Of a DNA stretch of 64,000 nucleotides, positions 18,927-28,535 are shown in pieces. The position numbers were made by a program, and so were the translations under genes. Each line of letters begins with the position of its first letter. The first letter of the stretch is position 1. The notes below the pieces were generated by a model. That model was not told the DNA's origin. It made no database searches and worked only from the letters and a program-made list of their open reading frames with translations. Origin of the DNA: Candidatus Eiseniibacteriota bacterium (lineage in GTDB: Bacteria > Eisenbacteria > RBG-16-71-46); NCBI GenBank assembly GCA_046327815.1, contig JAXLXR010000015.1, positions 28,073 through 92,072 on the forward strand. The letters are read 5' to 3'.

Positions 18927-20330
18927 TCACATGTGGATCGCGCGCTTCGCCACGGCCAGGGCCGCTTCCTTCACCGCCTCGGGCAGCGTCGGGTGCGCAT
19001 GGAACGAGCGTGCGATGTCTTCCGAGCTCGCGCCCATCTCAAGGGCCAGAACGAGTTCCGCGATCAGGTCGCTCGCGCGCGGCCCCACCACGTGAGCGCC
19101 CAGGATGCGGTCGCTGTGCGCGTCGGCCACGATCTTCACCTGCCCGTCGCGCTCGCCCATGGCCTTCGCACGGCCGTTCGCGAGGAACGGGAACGTGCCC
19201 ACGGCGATCTCGCGGCCCGCGGCCTTCGCGTCCTCTTCGGACAACCCCACCCAGGCCATTTCGGGCCAGGTGTAGACCACGCCGGGCACGCAACCGTACT
19301 CGACGTGGCCGGGCTTGCCCGCCATGCACTCGACGCAGGCGACACCCTCTTCCTCGGCCTTGTGGGCGAGCATGGGCCCCGCGATCACGTCGCCGATCGC
19401 CCAGATCCCGGGCACGCTGGTCTGCCAGTGCGCGTCCACCTCGATCCGGCCGCGGCCGTCGAGCTTGATGCCGGCCTCGGCGCAGCCGAGCCCTTCGGTG
19501 TACGGGCGGCGCCCGACCGCGACGAGCAGCACGTCGCACCGCTCGGTGACGCTCTCGCCGCCGGCGGCCGGTGCGACCTCGACCACGACCTCGTCACCCT
19601 CGACCCGCGCGGACTTCGCCGAGACGCCGAAGCGGAACTTCACGCCCTGGCGTTCGAGCGAACGCTGCAGCACCTTGGCGGTGCCGAGGTCCGAGCCCGG
19701 CACGATGCGATCGAGGTACTCGAGCACCAGCACCTCGGCGCCCAGCCGGCGCCACACCGAGCCCAGCTCGAGCCCGATCGCGCCCGCGCCGATCACGACC
19801 AGCTTCTTCGGCACTTCGGGCAGCGCCAGCGCGTCGGTCGAGTGCACGATGCGCCGCCCGTCGTACGTGATGCCGGGCAGCGAGGCGGGCTTGCTGCCCG
19901 TGGCGACGAGGATGCGCTTCGCGCGCAGCGTGCGCGCGCCCTCGGGTCCCGTCACCTCGATCGTGCCGGGGCCGAGGATGCGGGCGGTGCCCTGCACGCG
20001 GTCGATGCCGTTCTTCTTGAACAGCCCCTCGATGCCGCGCGTGAGCTCGCGCACCACCCCGTCCTTGCGCTTCATCATGGCGGCCAGGTCGAGTTCGACG
20101 CTGGCCTTGATCCCGTGCGCGGCGAAACCGTGCTTCGCCATGTCGAAGTGCTCGCTCGAATCGAGCAGTGCCTTGCTGGGAATGCAGCCGACGTTGAGGC
20201 ACGTGCCCCCCAGCGTCGGGTACTTCTCGATGCACGCGGTCTTCATGCCGAGCTGCGCGGCGCGGATCGCGGCGACGTAGCCGCCGGGTCCGGCACCGAT
20301 GACGACGAGGTCGTACGTGACGTCGCTCAC
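18927..20330 (-). CDS. lpdA: Dihydrolipoyl dehydrogenase (E3 component)
   Basis: N-terminal FAD-binding DLVVIGAGPGGY. Redox-active disulfide GGTCLNVGCIPSK. NAD-binding VVIGAGAIGLE. C-terminal HAHPTLPE dimer-interface His. 467 aa. Confidence 0.95.
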   Translation of the reverse strand: MSDVTYDLVVIGAGPGGYVAAIRAAQLGMKTACIEKYPTLGGTCLNVGCIPSKALLDSSEHFDMAKHGFAAHGIKASVELDLAAMMKRKDGVVRELTRGIEGLFKKNGIDRVQGTARILGPGTIEVTGPEGARTLRAKRILVATGSKPASLPGITYDGRRIVHSTDALALPEVPKKLVVIGAGAIGLELGSVWRRLGAEVLVLEYLDRIVPGSDLGTAKVLQRSLERQGVKFRFGVSAKSARVEGDEVVVEVAPAAGGESVTERCDVLLVAVGRRPYTEGLGCAEAGIKLDGRGRIEVDAHWQTSVPGIWAIGDVIAGPMLAHKAEEEGVACVECMAGKPGHVEYGCVPGVVYTWPEMAWVGLSEEDAKAAGREIAVGTFPFLANGRAKAMGERDGQVKIVADAHSDRILGAHVVGPRASDLIAELVLALEMGASSEDIARSFHAHPTLPEAVKEAALAVAKRAIHM

Positions 20331-20352
20331 GGGGCGCTCCTTCGCGATGGTT

Positions 20353-21570
20353 TCAGACGGCGAGCAGCAGGCGTTCGGGATCCTCGAGGCGCTCCTTCAC
20401 GCGCACGAGGAACGTCACGGCCTGCTCGCCGTCGATGAGGCGATGGTCGTACGAGAGCGCCAGGTACATCATGGGGCGCACGACCACCTGGTCGTCCACC
20501 ACCACGGGGCGCTTCTCGATCTTGTGCATGCCGAGGATACCGCTCTGCGGGGGATTCAGGATCGGCGTGGACAGCAGCGAGCCGAACACGCCGCCGTTCG
20601 TGATCGTGAACGTGCCGCCGGACAGCTCCTGCGGCGACAGCTGGCCGTCGCGGCCGCGCTGCGCGAGGCGCGCGATCTCGCGTTCGATGCCCGCGAAGTC
20701 GAGGCGTTCGGCGTGGCGCACGACCGGCACCACGAGCCCGCGCGGCGTGCTCGCGGCGACGCCGAGGTGCACGTGGTCGTGGTACACGATGTCGGAGCCG
20801 CGGATCTCGGCGTTCACGGCGGGCACGTCGGCGAACGCGAGCACGCAGGCGCGCGCGAAGAAGCTCATGAAGCCGAGCCGCACGCCGTGCTTCTTCTCGA
20901 ACGCGTCCTTGAAGCGCGCGCGCGTCTCCATGACGCGCGACATGTCCACTTCGTTGAACGTGGTCAGGATCGCGGCCGTGTGCTGCGCCTGCACGAGGCG
21001 CTCGGCGATGCGCAGCCGGATGCGGCTCATGGGCACCACGCGTTCGCCCGCGCCGGGCTCGTCCTCGTCGAAAGGCGCCGCCGTGGGCGCGGACGCGGCC
21101 GGTGCGGGCTCGGGCGTCGCGGCCGACTTCACGTGGCGCTCGACGTCCTCCTTGAGCAGCCGGCCACCGGGACCACTGCCCGGCACCGCGGCGGGGTTCA
21201 CGCCCAGTTCGGCGACCACCCGGCGCACCGCGGGCGACAGGTGCGGCGCGGCCGCGTCGGCGGCGGGCGCCGCTGGCGCCGCAGGAGTCGCGGGCGCCGC
21301 GCTCGCCGGGGCTTCGTCCGCGGCGAGCGTGCCGCTGCCCGGCGCCACGGTCGCGAGCAGGTCGCCCACGAGCACCGTCTCGCCCACCTTGCGCGCGTGC
21401 TGCAGCACGCCGGCCGCCGGGGCCACGATCTCGACCGCGGCCTTGTCGGTCTCGAGCGTCGCGACCGGTTCGTCGAGCTTCACGGCCGCGCCGTGCGGGC
21501 GCAGCCATTCCACCAGCGTGGCCTCGGAGATGGACTCGGCGAGGCGCGGGACCTTGATCTCGGTGCTCAT
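20353..21570 (-). CDS. sucB: Dihydrolipoamide succinyltransferase (E2 of the 2-oxoglutarate dehydrogenase complex)
   Basis: Real start [23 protein letters not shown] is internal to track ORF 20353..23064. Single lipoyl domain with LETDKA. E3-binding segment. Catalytic domain ends ...[10 protein letters not shown] (DHR active site). The stop overlaps the lpdA-proximal gap. The ATGA junction with sucA is at 21567..21570. Confidence 0.9.
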   Translation of the reverse strand: MSTEIKVPRLAESISEATLVEWLRPHGAAVKLDEPVATLETDKAAVEIVAPAAGVLQHARKVGETVLVGDLLATVAPGSGTLAADEAPASAAPATPAAPAAPAADAAAPHLSPAVRRVVAELGVNPAAVPGSGPGGRLLKEDVERHVKSAATPEPAPAASAPTAAPFDEDEPGAGERVVPMSRIRLRIAERLVQAQHTAAILTTFNEVDMSRVMETRARFKDAFEKKHGVRLGFMSFFARACVLAFADVPAVNAEIRGSDIVYHDHVHLGVAASTPRGLVVPVVRHAERLDFAGIEREIARLAQRGRDGQLSPQELSGGTFTITNGGVFGSLLSTPILNPPQSGILGMHKIEKRPVVVDDQVVVRPMMYLALSYDHRLIDGEQAVTFLVRVKERLEDPERLLLAV

Positions 21571-24332
21571 CGGCTCCCTCCGCGCGCCGCCTTGCGGCCG
21601 GCGCGTGCGGGCGCTTCCGCCTTCGGCCCGAAGGCCTCGGCGATCAGCGCCTGTTCCTGCTGCTGGTGCATGCCGTAGAAACCGCTCGCGGGCGTGGACG
21701 CGTCCTGCCGCGCGGCGACGCGCAGCGTGCGCCCGTCGGGCAGCGCACCCTCGAAGCGGTGGCGCAGGTGCCGCCACGCGCCCATGTTCTCGGGTTCTTC
21801 CTGCACCCAGCAGACGTCCGTGGCCTTCGCGAACCGCTCGAGCGTGCCGCGCACGTCGTCGCCCGGGAACGGGTACATCTGCTCGACGCGCACGATGGCC
21901 GTGTCGTCGGCTCCCTGCGAGGCCCGCGCCTCGAGCAGCGTGTAGAAGAACTTGCCGCTCACGAACAGCACGCGCTTCACGCGCGCCGGGTCCGCGGCGT
22001 CGTCGCCGATCAGCGGGCGGAACGCGCCCGCGGTGAACTCGGCGACCGGCGAGACCGCCGCCTTGTGCCGCAGCAGGCTCTTCGGGCTCATGATGATCAG
22101 CGGCTTGCGGAACCGGCGGTGCAGCTGGCGGCGCAGCGCGTGGAACAGCTGGGCGGGCGTGGTGAGGTTGCAGACCTGCATGTTGCCGTCCGCGCACAGC
22201 TCGAGGAAGCGCTCGAGGCGCGCGCTCGAATGCTCGGGCCCCTGCCCCTCGTAGCCGTGCGGCAGCAGCAGCGTGAGGCCCGACATGCGGCCCCACTTGG
22301 TCTCGCCGCTGGCGATGAACTGGTCGGTGTAGACCTGCGCCACGTTCGCGAAATCGCCGAACTGCGCCTCCCAGATCGTGAGCGTGTTCGGGTCCGCGGT
22401 GCTGTAGCCGTACTCGAACCCGAGCACGGCGGCCTCGCTCAGCATGGTGTCCACCACCTCGAAGCGCCCCTGTTCGGGCGCCAGCGTGGTGAGCGGCACG
22501 TAGCGCATGCCCGACTCCATGTCGTGGAGCGCGGCGTGGCGGTGCGTGAACGTGCCGCGGCCGGCGTCCTGCCCGGTCAGTCGCACGTTGCGGCCCTCGA
22601 GCAGCAGCGAGCCGTACGCCAGCGTTTCGCCGAGCGACCAGTCGAGACGGTCCTCGAGGAACATGCGGCGGCGGTCGGCCGACAGCTGCACGATCTTGCG
22701 GTGCGGGCGGAAGTCGGCGGGCAGTTCGGTGACGCGGTGCAGGATGCGCTCGAGCGTGTCGCGCCCGACCGCGGTGTGCGCGGACCAGTCCTCGCCCGCC
22801 CACTCGAGCCCGCGCCACAGGCCGGTCGGGGCGTGGCGGGTCTCGGGCGACACGTCGGCCACGGCCTGGCGGTGCGCGGCGCGGAACGACGTGTCGAGTT
22901 CGGTCTCGAGCTTGTCGAGCCCGGCGGCGTCGAGCACGCCCTCGGCCACCAGCTTCTCGGCGTAGCGCCGCGCGGCCGGCACGTGCGAGGAGATCTTCCG
23001 GTACATGACCGGCTGCGTGAACGTCGGGTCGTCCATCTCGTTGTGCCCGTGCTTGCGGTAGCACACCAGGTCGATGAACACGTCACGCTTGAAGCGCATG
23101 CGGTACTCGAGCGCGATGGACATGGCGCGCACGCACGATTCGGGATCGTCGCCGTTCACGTGCAGCACGGGCGCGTCCACCGCGCGCGCGATCGTGGTCG
23201 GGTAGCGCGTCGGGCGCGAGAAGTGCGGCGACGTGGTGAAGCCGACCTGGTTGTTCACGATCACGTGGATCGTGCCGCCCGTGACGTACGCCGGCAGCTG
23301 CGACAGCGCCAGCGTCTCGGCCACGATGCCTTCGCCCGCGAACGCCGCGTCGCCGTGGATCAGCACAGGCACGCCGCGATCGCGCGTATAGTCGCCGGCG
23401 GCTTCCTGACGCGCGTGCAACGAACCCAGCACGACCGGGTTCACGAACTCGAGGTGGCTCGGGTTGTACTGCAGCGTGAGTACGATCGAGCGGCCGCCAC
23501 CCAGCTGCTGCGTGCTCGAATACCCGAGGTGGTACTTCACGTCGCCGTGGCCCTGCACGTCCTCGGAGGCGAAGCTCGACTCGAACTCGCCGAAGATGCG
23601 CTCGAGCGGCTTCTTCATGATGTTCGCGAGGAAGTTCAGGCGGCCGCGATGCGGCATGCCGATCTGCAGCTGCTCGACGCCGCGCTGCCCGGCCTCGAGC
23701 ATGAGCGTCTCGGCCATGGGAATGAGGCTGGCGCCGCCCTCGAGCGAGAAGCGCTTCTGCCCGGTGTAGCGGGCATGCAGGAACTGCTCGAACCCGTCGG
23801 CCGCGAGCAGCGCGCGCAGGATGCGCACGCGCTCGGCCGCCGCCGGGGTCACGCGCGGGCGCGTGCGCTCGACCTGCTCGGCCAGCCACTCGCGCTGGTC
23901 CTGGTCGGAGATGTCCATGTACTCGACCGCGAGCGTGCCGCAGTACGTCTCGCGCAGGCGGTCGAGCAGCTGGCGCAGGGTGCCGTGGAAGTCGCCCTTG
24001 AAAGGCGCCGCCTCGACCTCCCGATCGAGATCGCCCTCGCCCAGCCCGAAGTTGCCCAGCTCGAGCAGCGGATGGTTCCACTGGCGCTCGCCGAGCGGAT
24101 CGAGGTCGGCGATCAGGTGCCCGAACTCCCGGTACGCGTGCACGAGGGCGTACACGCCGCCGGTGGGCCGGGCGCCGGGGGCATCCATTCTCCCGTCGGA
24201 GGCCGCCTCGACCCCGGCGAAGAAAAGCGCCCAGTCCTCACCCACCGAGGCGGGGTCGGCGAGCCACTTGCGGTGCTGCTCGTCAATGAAATCGGCGTTG
24301 GCGCGCAGTACGAAGTCGAGCCGGCGAGACAT
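21567..24332 (-). CDS. sucA: 2-oxoglutarate dehydrogenase E1 component
   Basis: Real start [24 protein letters not shown] is internal to track ORF 21567..25340. 921 aa. ThDP-binding GDAAFAGEG / HGHNE motifs. Conserved blocks [24 protein letters not shown] and MGAWRHL. Coding is co-linear with sucB and lpdA. Confidence 0.95.
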   Translation of the reverse strand: MSRRLDFVLRANADFIDEQHRKWLADPASVGEDWALFFAGVEAASDGRMDAPGARPTGGVYALVHAYREFGHLIADLDPLGERQWNHPLLELGNFGLGEGDLDREVEAAPFKGDFHGTLRQLLDRLRETYCGTLAVEYMDISDQDQREWLAEQVERTRPRVTPAAAERVRILRALLAADGFEQFLHARYTGQKRFSLEGGASLIPMAETLMLEAGQRGVEQLQIGMPHRGRLNFLANIMKKPLERIFGEFESSFASEDVQGHGDVKYHLGYSSTQQLGGGRSIVLTLQYNPSHLEFVNPVVLGSLHARQEAAGDYTRDRGVPVLIHGDAAFAGEGIVAETLALSQLPAYVTGGTIHVIVNNQVGFTTSPHFSRPTRYPTTIARAVDAPVLHVNGDDPESCVRAMSIALEYRMRFKRDVFIDLVCYRKHGHNEMDDPTFTQPVMYRKISSHVPAARRYAEKLVAEGVLDAAGLDKLETELDTSFRAAHRQAVADVSPETRHAPTGLWRGLEWAGEDWSAHTAVGRDTLERILHRVTELPADFRPHRKIVQLSADRRRMFLEDRLDWSLGETLAYGSLLLEGRNVRLTGQDAGRGTFTHRHAALHDMESGMRYVPLTTLAPEQGRFEVVDTMLSEAAVLGFEYGYSTADPNTLTIWEAQFGDFANVAQVYTDQFIASGETKWGRMSGLTLLLPHGYEGQGPEHSSARLERFLELCADGNMQVCNLTTPAQLFHALRRQLHRRFRKPLIIMSPKSLLRHKAAVSPVAEFTAGAFRPLIGDDAADPARVKRVLFVSGKFFYTLLEARASQGADDTAIVRVEQMYPFPGDDVRGTLERFAKATDVCWVQEEPENMGAWRHLRHRFEGALPDGRTLRVAARQDASTPASGFYGMHQQQEQALIAEAFGPKAEAPARAGRKAARGGSR

Positions 24333-24575
24333 GGTTTCCTCGGTGGTCAACGCGGTCGGACCGCGATTGACGCGGCTTCGCGCGTCATGCGGGGTCGGAA
24401 TGGGCGCGCAAGTTAGCACGAAGTCCCGGACCGGGGCATGCCGGGCGCGATTTTCTCCCCAACGGGAGAACAGAGAGACCGCCGCAGGTGCTTTTCGGCC
24501 GCAGGAGCCCCCGACTTGCGCCTCAGATGCACTTCGCCCGCCCGCGGACTCACCCTCTCCCACCGCCGGAAAACC

Positions 24576-24612
24576 GCTCGGCCCGCCCCCCGAAGCGGGA
24601 GGCGGGCCGAGC
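24576..24612 (-). terminator. Strong rho-independent terminator downstream of the metalloprotease gene
   Basis: 12-bp perfect stem GCTCGGCCCGCC / GGCGGGCCGAGC at 24576..24587 and 24601..24612. The 13-nt loop itself folds (CCCG-AAG-CGGG). On the minus strand it is followed by CGGUUUUCCGG. It lies 14 nt past the stop at 24629. Confidence 0.65.
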
Positions 24613-24628
24613 GGGTCAGGCTCGAGGC

Positions 24629-26305
24629 TCAGCGCACGATCGTCAGCGTGCGCTTCTCGTTCAGCGTCGGCGTCCGCAGGCGGTAGTGGTACACGCCCGG
24701 CGGCACCCGGCGGCCGCCCGAGTCGGTGCCGTCCCAGGTGAGCGAATGCCGGCCCTGGGTCATCGGGCCGGTCGCCAGCCGCGCCACTTCGCGCCCGATG
24801 ATGTCGTAGACGCGCAGGTCCACGGCTTCGTCCCGCGCCAGCGTCCACGCGATCAGTGCGGTCGAGACCATGGGATTCGGCGCGCTGGGTTCGAGCGCGG
24901 CGGGCCGCGGCGTGACCGGCACGTCGAGCGCGCCGGTGAACCAGCCGATGTCCGCGAACGCGCTGCGCGTGAGGTCGATGTTCGACGAGAGTCCCGTGGT
25001 GATCGCGGGCTCCATGAGCACGCTGGGTTCGAGCGAAGTGTCGAAGTGCGACACCGAAGAGCCCGACGTGAACGTGCTCGGCGAGTACATGAACACGCGA
25101 CCGGCGCCGTCGGTACCCGCACGCTTGGTGGGGTCGGAGAGCAGGGTGGCCGTGAGGCCGTTGCCGAGCTGCGCACGCAGCAGGTTGCCGTCGGCGAGCG
25201 TGATGCGCACCGAGGGAATCGTGATCGTGGGGTCGGCGCCGCCCATGCCGGCGGGCGGGCAGCCCGCGATCGAATCGGCAACGATCACGCCGATCGCGCC
25301 GGCGTTCTGCGCGTTCTTCACCTTGATCGGGAACGAACACGTGCCGCGGTCGATGAACGCGATCTTGCCGGTGAGGTTGTTGGTGATCGACTCGCAGCCG
25401 TTGGTCGGGTTGCCGAAGTTGTCCGACACGAGCACGACCGGGCCGCTGACGCCGGCGCCGGTCAGCGCCGCGCCGAACGTGGCGGTGCCCACTTCATACT
25501 CGCCCGCGATGCCCGCGGGCGCGGTCACGCGCACGAGCGGCTTGTCGCCCAGGAAGTCACCGCGGTGCGCCACGACCTGCGCGCCGTCCCATTCCAACTT
25601 GGTGCAGCCGACCGCCGAGGCGACGCGCTGGGCGTTCGACATGGACGCCGAGTCCCAGTGCAGGCCCGTCACCGGGTCGTAGAGGAACTTGTCGAAGATG
25701 GACGGGAAACTGGTGTTCCACGCGCCGGACGAGCCGCTGGTCAGCGTGCTGAACCCGAGCCCGTGCCCGAGTTCGTGCAGCACCACGGGCAGCAGTTCGA
25801 TCTGCGAGCCCTCGTTGCCGTCGAAGCCGAGGTACCAGCCCGCCGTCAGGCACGTGGCACCGCCGACCGCCGAGTTGAACGTGGCGTTGATCTCGTAGCT
25901 CGCACCGTTGAGGTCGGTGTTGTTGAGCTTGTTCGCGAGCGCGATGTGGTACCAGTGCCCGCTCACGGGCGCGCCGGCGAAGTCGCGCGACGCCGTCACC
26001 GGACCGGCGCTGCCGAGCACGCCGCTCGTGGCGTTGCAGCTCAGCGGGTTGAACTGGGCGTTCACCTTGATCTCGATGTTCGACGGCAGCGCCGCGCCCC
26101 AGATGTCGGCGGCGTGCTGGAACACGTTCAGGCGCTGCTGGCCGAGCGTCGCGCCGTTGTTGCCGCCGACGGGTGCGGCAGCCGTGGGATCGTTGAATCC
26201 CTCACCGGCGCCATCGTTGTTGACGATCGTGATCACGGCCGCATGGGCCGTCGTGGCGCAGGCGAGCAGGGCGGCCACACCGACTGCACGGAGGAAGCGC
26301 TTCAT
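24629..26305 (-). CDS. Secreted zinc metalloprotease (HExxH) with an internal PA (protease-associated) domain and a C-terminal T9SS-type (FlgD-Ig-like) sorting domain
   Basis: Signal peptide MKRFLRAVGVAALLACATTAHA. Zinc motif VVLHELGHGLGF. PA-domain-like segment GKIAFIDRGTCSFPIKVKNAQNAGAIGVIVAD. C-terminal VDLRVYDIIGREVARLATGPM...GRRVPPGVYHYRLRTPTLNEKRTLTIVR matches the same tail family as 594..3059 and 3390..4667. Confidence 0.8.
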   Translation of the reverse strand: MKRFLRAVGVAALLACATTAHAAVITIVNNDGAGEGFNDPTAAAPVGGNNGATLGQQRLNVFQHAADIWGAALPSNIEIKVNAQFNPLSCNATSGVLGSAGPVTASRDFAGAPVSGHWYHIALANKLNNTDLNGASYEINATFNSAVGGATCLTAGWYLGFDGNEGSQIELLPVVLHELGHGLGFSTLTSGSSGAWNTSFPSIFDKFLYDPVTGLHWDSASMSNAQRVASAVGCTKLEWDGAQVVAHRGDFLGDKPLVRVTAPAGIAGEYEVGTATFGAALTGAGVSGPVVLVSDNFGNPTNGCESITNNLTGKIAFIDRGTCSFPIKVKNAQNAGAIGVIVADSIAGCPPAGMGGADPTITIPSVRITLADGNLLRAQLGNGLTATLLSDPTKRAGTDGAGRVFMYSPSTFTSGSSVSHFDTSLEPSVLMEPAITTGLSSNIDLTRSAFADIGWFTGALDVPVTPRPAALEPSAPNPMVSTALIAWTLARDEAVDLRVYDIIGREVARLATGPMTQGRHSLTWDGTDSGGRRVPPGVYHYRLRTPTLNEKRTLTIVR

Positions 26306-26306
26306 G

Positions 26307-26807
26307 TCAGCGGTCCTCCAGCACGGTGGGCTGCGGCGCGGGCGCCAGCGTGCCGCGCAGCGCCTGGCGCACCGCGGCGAGGTCGGACAGGCACTCGAAC
26401 GTGATCTTGCCGTCGGCGCCGATGCGCGCGACCGAGAACTCCTGGAAGCGGCCCTGCAGGTCGAGCAGCACGGTGCCGTCGGCGAGGCGCGTTTCGCGCA
26501 GGCCCTCGGTCGAACGGCTGAGCATCTGCTCTTCCGAACGGGTCAGCACGACGGAACGGGACAGCGCCGCGGCCTGCTCGGGGCTCGGCAGGCCGAGCAT
26601 GCCCGACTCCGGATCGAGCGCGACGATCATGCCCATGAGCCCGGGTAGGAACAGCTGGGGCCGCGCGGGAGCCGGGGAGGCCGCGACCGGGACGGTGGGA
26701 ATGGTTCGCGTGCCGGCAGGCGAAGGCGATTGCGCGCTCGAGAGACCGGGCACCGCGGCGAGGATCGCCAGGGCGACCGGAAGCGCGCGAACGAAGGAAC
26801 GGCGCAT
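26307..26807 (-). CDS. Hypothetical secreted protein
   Basis: Preferred start MRRSFVRALPVALAILAAVPGLSSAQS (signal peptide) at 26807. The track ORF begins 75 nt further upstream. Ends 2 nt before the protease start, so probably co-transcribed. No recognisable domain. Confidence 0.5.
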   Translation of the reverse strand: MRRSFVRALPVALAILAAVPGLSSAQSPSPAGTRTIPTVPVAASPAPARPQLFLPGLMGMIVALDPESGMLGLPSPEQAAALSRSVVLTRSEEQMLSRSTEGLRETRLADGTVLLDLQGRFQEFSVARIGADGKITFECLSDLAAVRQALRGTLAPAPQPTVLEDR

Positions 26808-26989
26808 GCGAGACTCCGGGGTGAGGGGTCGTGTGGCGGCCGGGAAGGCCGGGATGGTCGCGTTCGGGTCCAAAACGATCAAGCACGAACTGCTCCGCCG
26901 AGAACCACGGCGCCGGCCACGCAGTGGGAATCAGTTACGGGTGAACGCCCGCCCCCGGGTCGTGCATTCCGGCATGCTAGATTGCCGAC

Positions 26990-28531
26990 ATGCACGACTC
27001 CCCCGTGCCACCTGCGCCAGCAGCGCCGGCGGCCGCCACGGCGGCGATCGCGCGGCTCGGCTGGCCGATGCGCCTGGCACTGGCCGCGCCGGCGGCGCTG
27101 CTGTACGCCGCGCTCGCGCCGCGCGTCGTGGGTGAAGGCGATTCCGCCGAGCTGACGCTGGCGCTGGTGCAGTGCGGCGTCCCGCACCCGCCCGGCTACC
27201 CGCTCTGGACGCTCGCGGGCTCGGCGTTCGTCCACGCACTCCATGCGGTGGGCGTCGCGTGGGCGCACGCCGCCAACCTGTGGAGCGCCGCCTCGGCGAG
27301 CCTCGCCGTGTTGTTCGCGATCTCACTCGCGGACGAACTCGTGGACGTCGCACTCCCCCGGGCCGCGCGTGCGTGCCTGCTCGCGGCGGTGCCGCTCGTG
27401 CTGGTGGCGCTGCCCACGTTCCTGCGCGCCGCGACCCAGGCCGAGGTCTACGCGTTCGAAGCCGCGTGGACGGCCGTCATCGCCTGGCATGCGCTGCGCA
27501 CGCTGCGCGGCGTCGAATCCGCGAAGCCGTTCCGGCGGCGCGATGCCCTCGGCTGGGGGCTGCTCGCGGGCGTCGCGCTGGCGCACCGGCCCACCATGCT
27601 CGCCACCGCGGTGCCCCTCGCGCTGGCGCTGCTGCGGGTGCTTCACCGCCGGGGCACGCTGCGCGTGGACCGGATCGCCGTCGCGATCGCGGGCGCGCTC
27701 GTGCCCGCGGCGACCTACGCCCTGGTCCTGTGGCGTGCGCGGCATCCCGCGGCGTTCCAGTGGCCGCTGCTCGAGCCCGGCCTGGCCGGGCTGCTGCGAC
27801 ACGCCTCGGGGGGCGTGTACGCCGGCTACCTCGTGCAGCGCGACACCGGCGGCGCCGGCGCCGCGCTGTTCACCGGCACGCTCGCCCCGGTGCTCGCGCT
27901 CGGGCTGGCGGGCGCGCTGGCCAGCTGGCGAGGGCTCGATCGCACGACGCGCACGTTCGCGACCGCGCTCGCCGCGAGCGGCCTGCTCCAGTGCCTGTTC
28001 GCCGCGCTCTACGGCGTGACCGACTTCGACTTCTTCCTGCTGCCCGTGGTCGTCTTCGCGGTGCTCGCGCTGGTGCGCGGCGCCGCGGAGCAGCTCCGGC
28101 GGGCGGCCGATCCGCTCGCACCCGCGGCCCTTCTGCTCACCGCCCTGGCGTTCGTCGCGGCGCTGCCCGTCGCACGCGAAGTCTCGAGGCTGCGCGTGCT
28201 GGCGGACGTGGACGCGAGCGTGCGCGAGGCGTTCCTCGCGCTGCCGTTCGACGAGGGCATCGTCGTGTGGAACACCGACTCGCACGCCCGCCTCGTGGCG
28301 CTCCAGCAGCTCGAGGGCCACAAGCCGCGCGTGGTGGTGCTCGACGGGCGCATGCTCACGTGGCCCCGCCCGCGCGCGGAAGCCGCGCGCCGGCTCGGGT
28401 TCGATCCGCTCGGGGGTCTCGAGCTGCGCACGGACGCGGACCTCGAACAGCTCGCGCCTTCGCTGGCCGCACGGTCCGGACGATCCGTGGCCGAGTTCGG
28501 CACCTGGTGGGCCAACCGACCGCGGCGCTGA
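26990..28531 (+). CDS. DUF2723-family polytopic membrane protein (PMT/ArnT-like putative glycosyltransferase)
   Basis: Motif GDSAELTLALVQCGVPHPPGYPLW matches the conserved GxxHPPGYPL block of DUF2723/TMEM260-like proteins. Many TM helices in the N-terminal two-thirds and a soluble C-terminal third. Confidence 0.6.
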   Translation: MHDSPVPPAPAAPAAATAAIARLGWPMRLALAAPAALLYAALAPRVVGEGDSAELTLALVQCGVPHPPGYPLWTLAGSAFVHALHAVGVAWAHAANLWSAASASLAVLFAISLADELVDVALPRAARACLLAAVPLVLVALPTFLRAATQAEVYAFEAAWTAVIAWHALRTLRGVESAKPFRRRDALGWGLLAGVALAHRPTMLATAVPLALALLRVLHRRGTLRVDRIAVAIAGALVPAATYALVLWRARHPAAFQWPLLEPGLAGLLRHASGGVYAGYLVQRDTGGAGAALFTGTLAPVLALGLAGALASWRGLDRTTRTFATALAASGLLQCLFAALYGVTDFDFFLLPVVVFAVLALVRGAAEQLRRAADPLAPAALLLTALAFVAALPVAREVSRLRVLADVDASVREAFLALPFDEGIVVWNTDSHARLVALQQLEGHKPRVVVLDGRMLTWPRPRAEAARRLGFDPLGGLELRTDADLEQLAPSLAARSGRSVAEFGTWWANRPRR

Positions 28532-28535
28532 TGCC

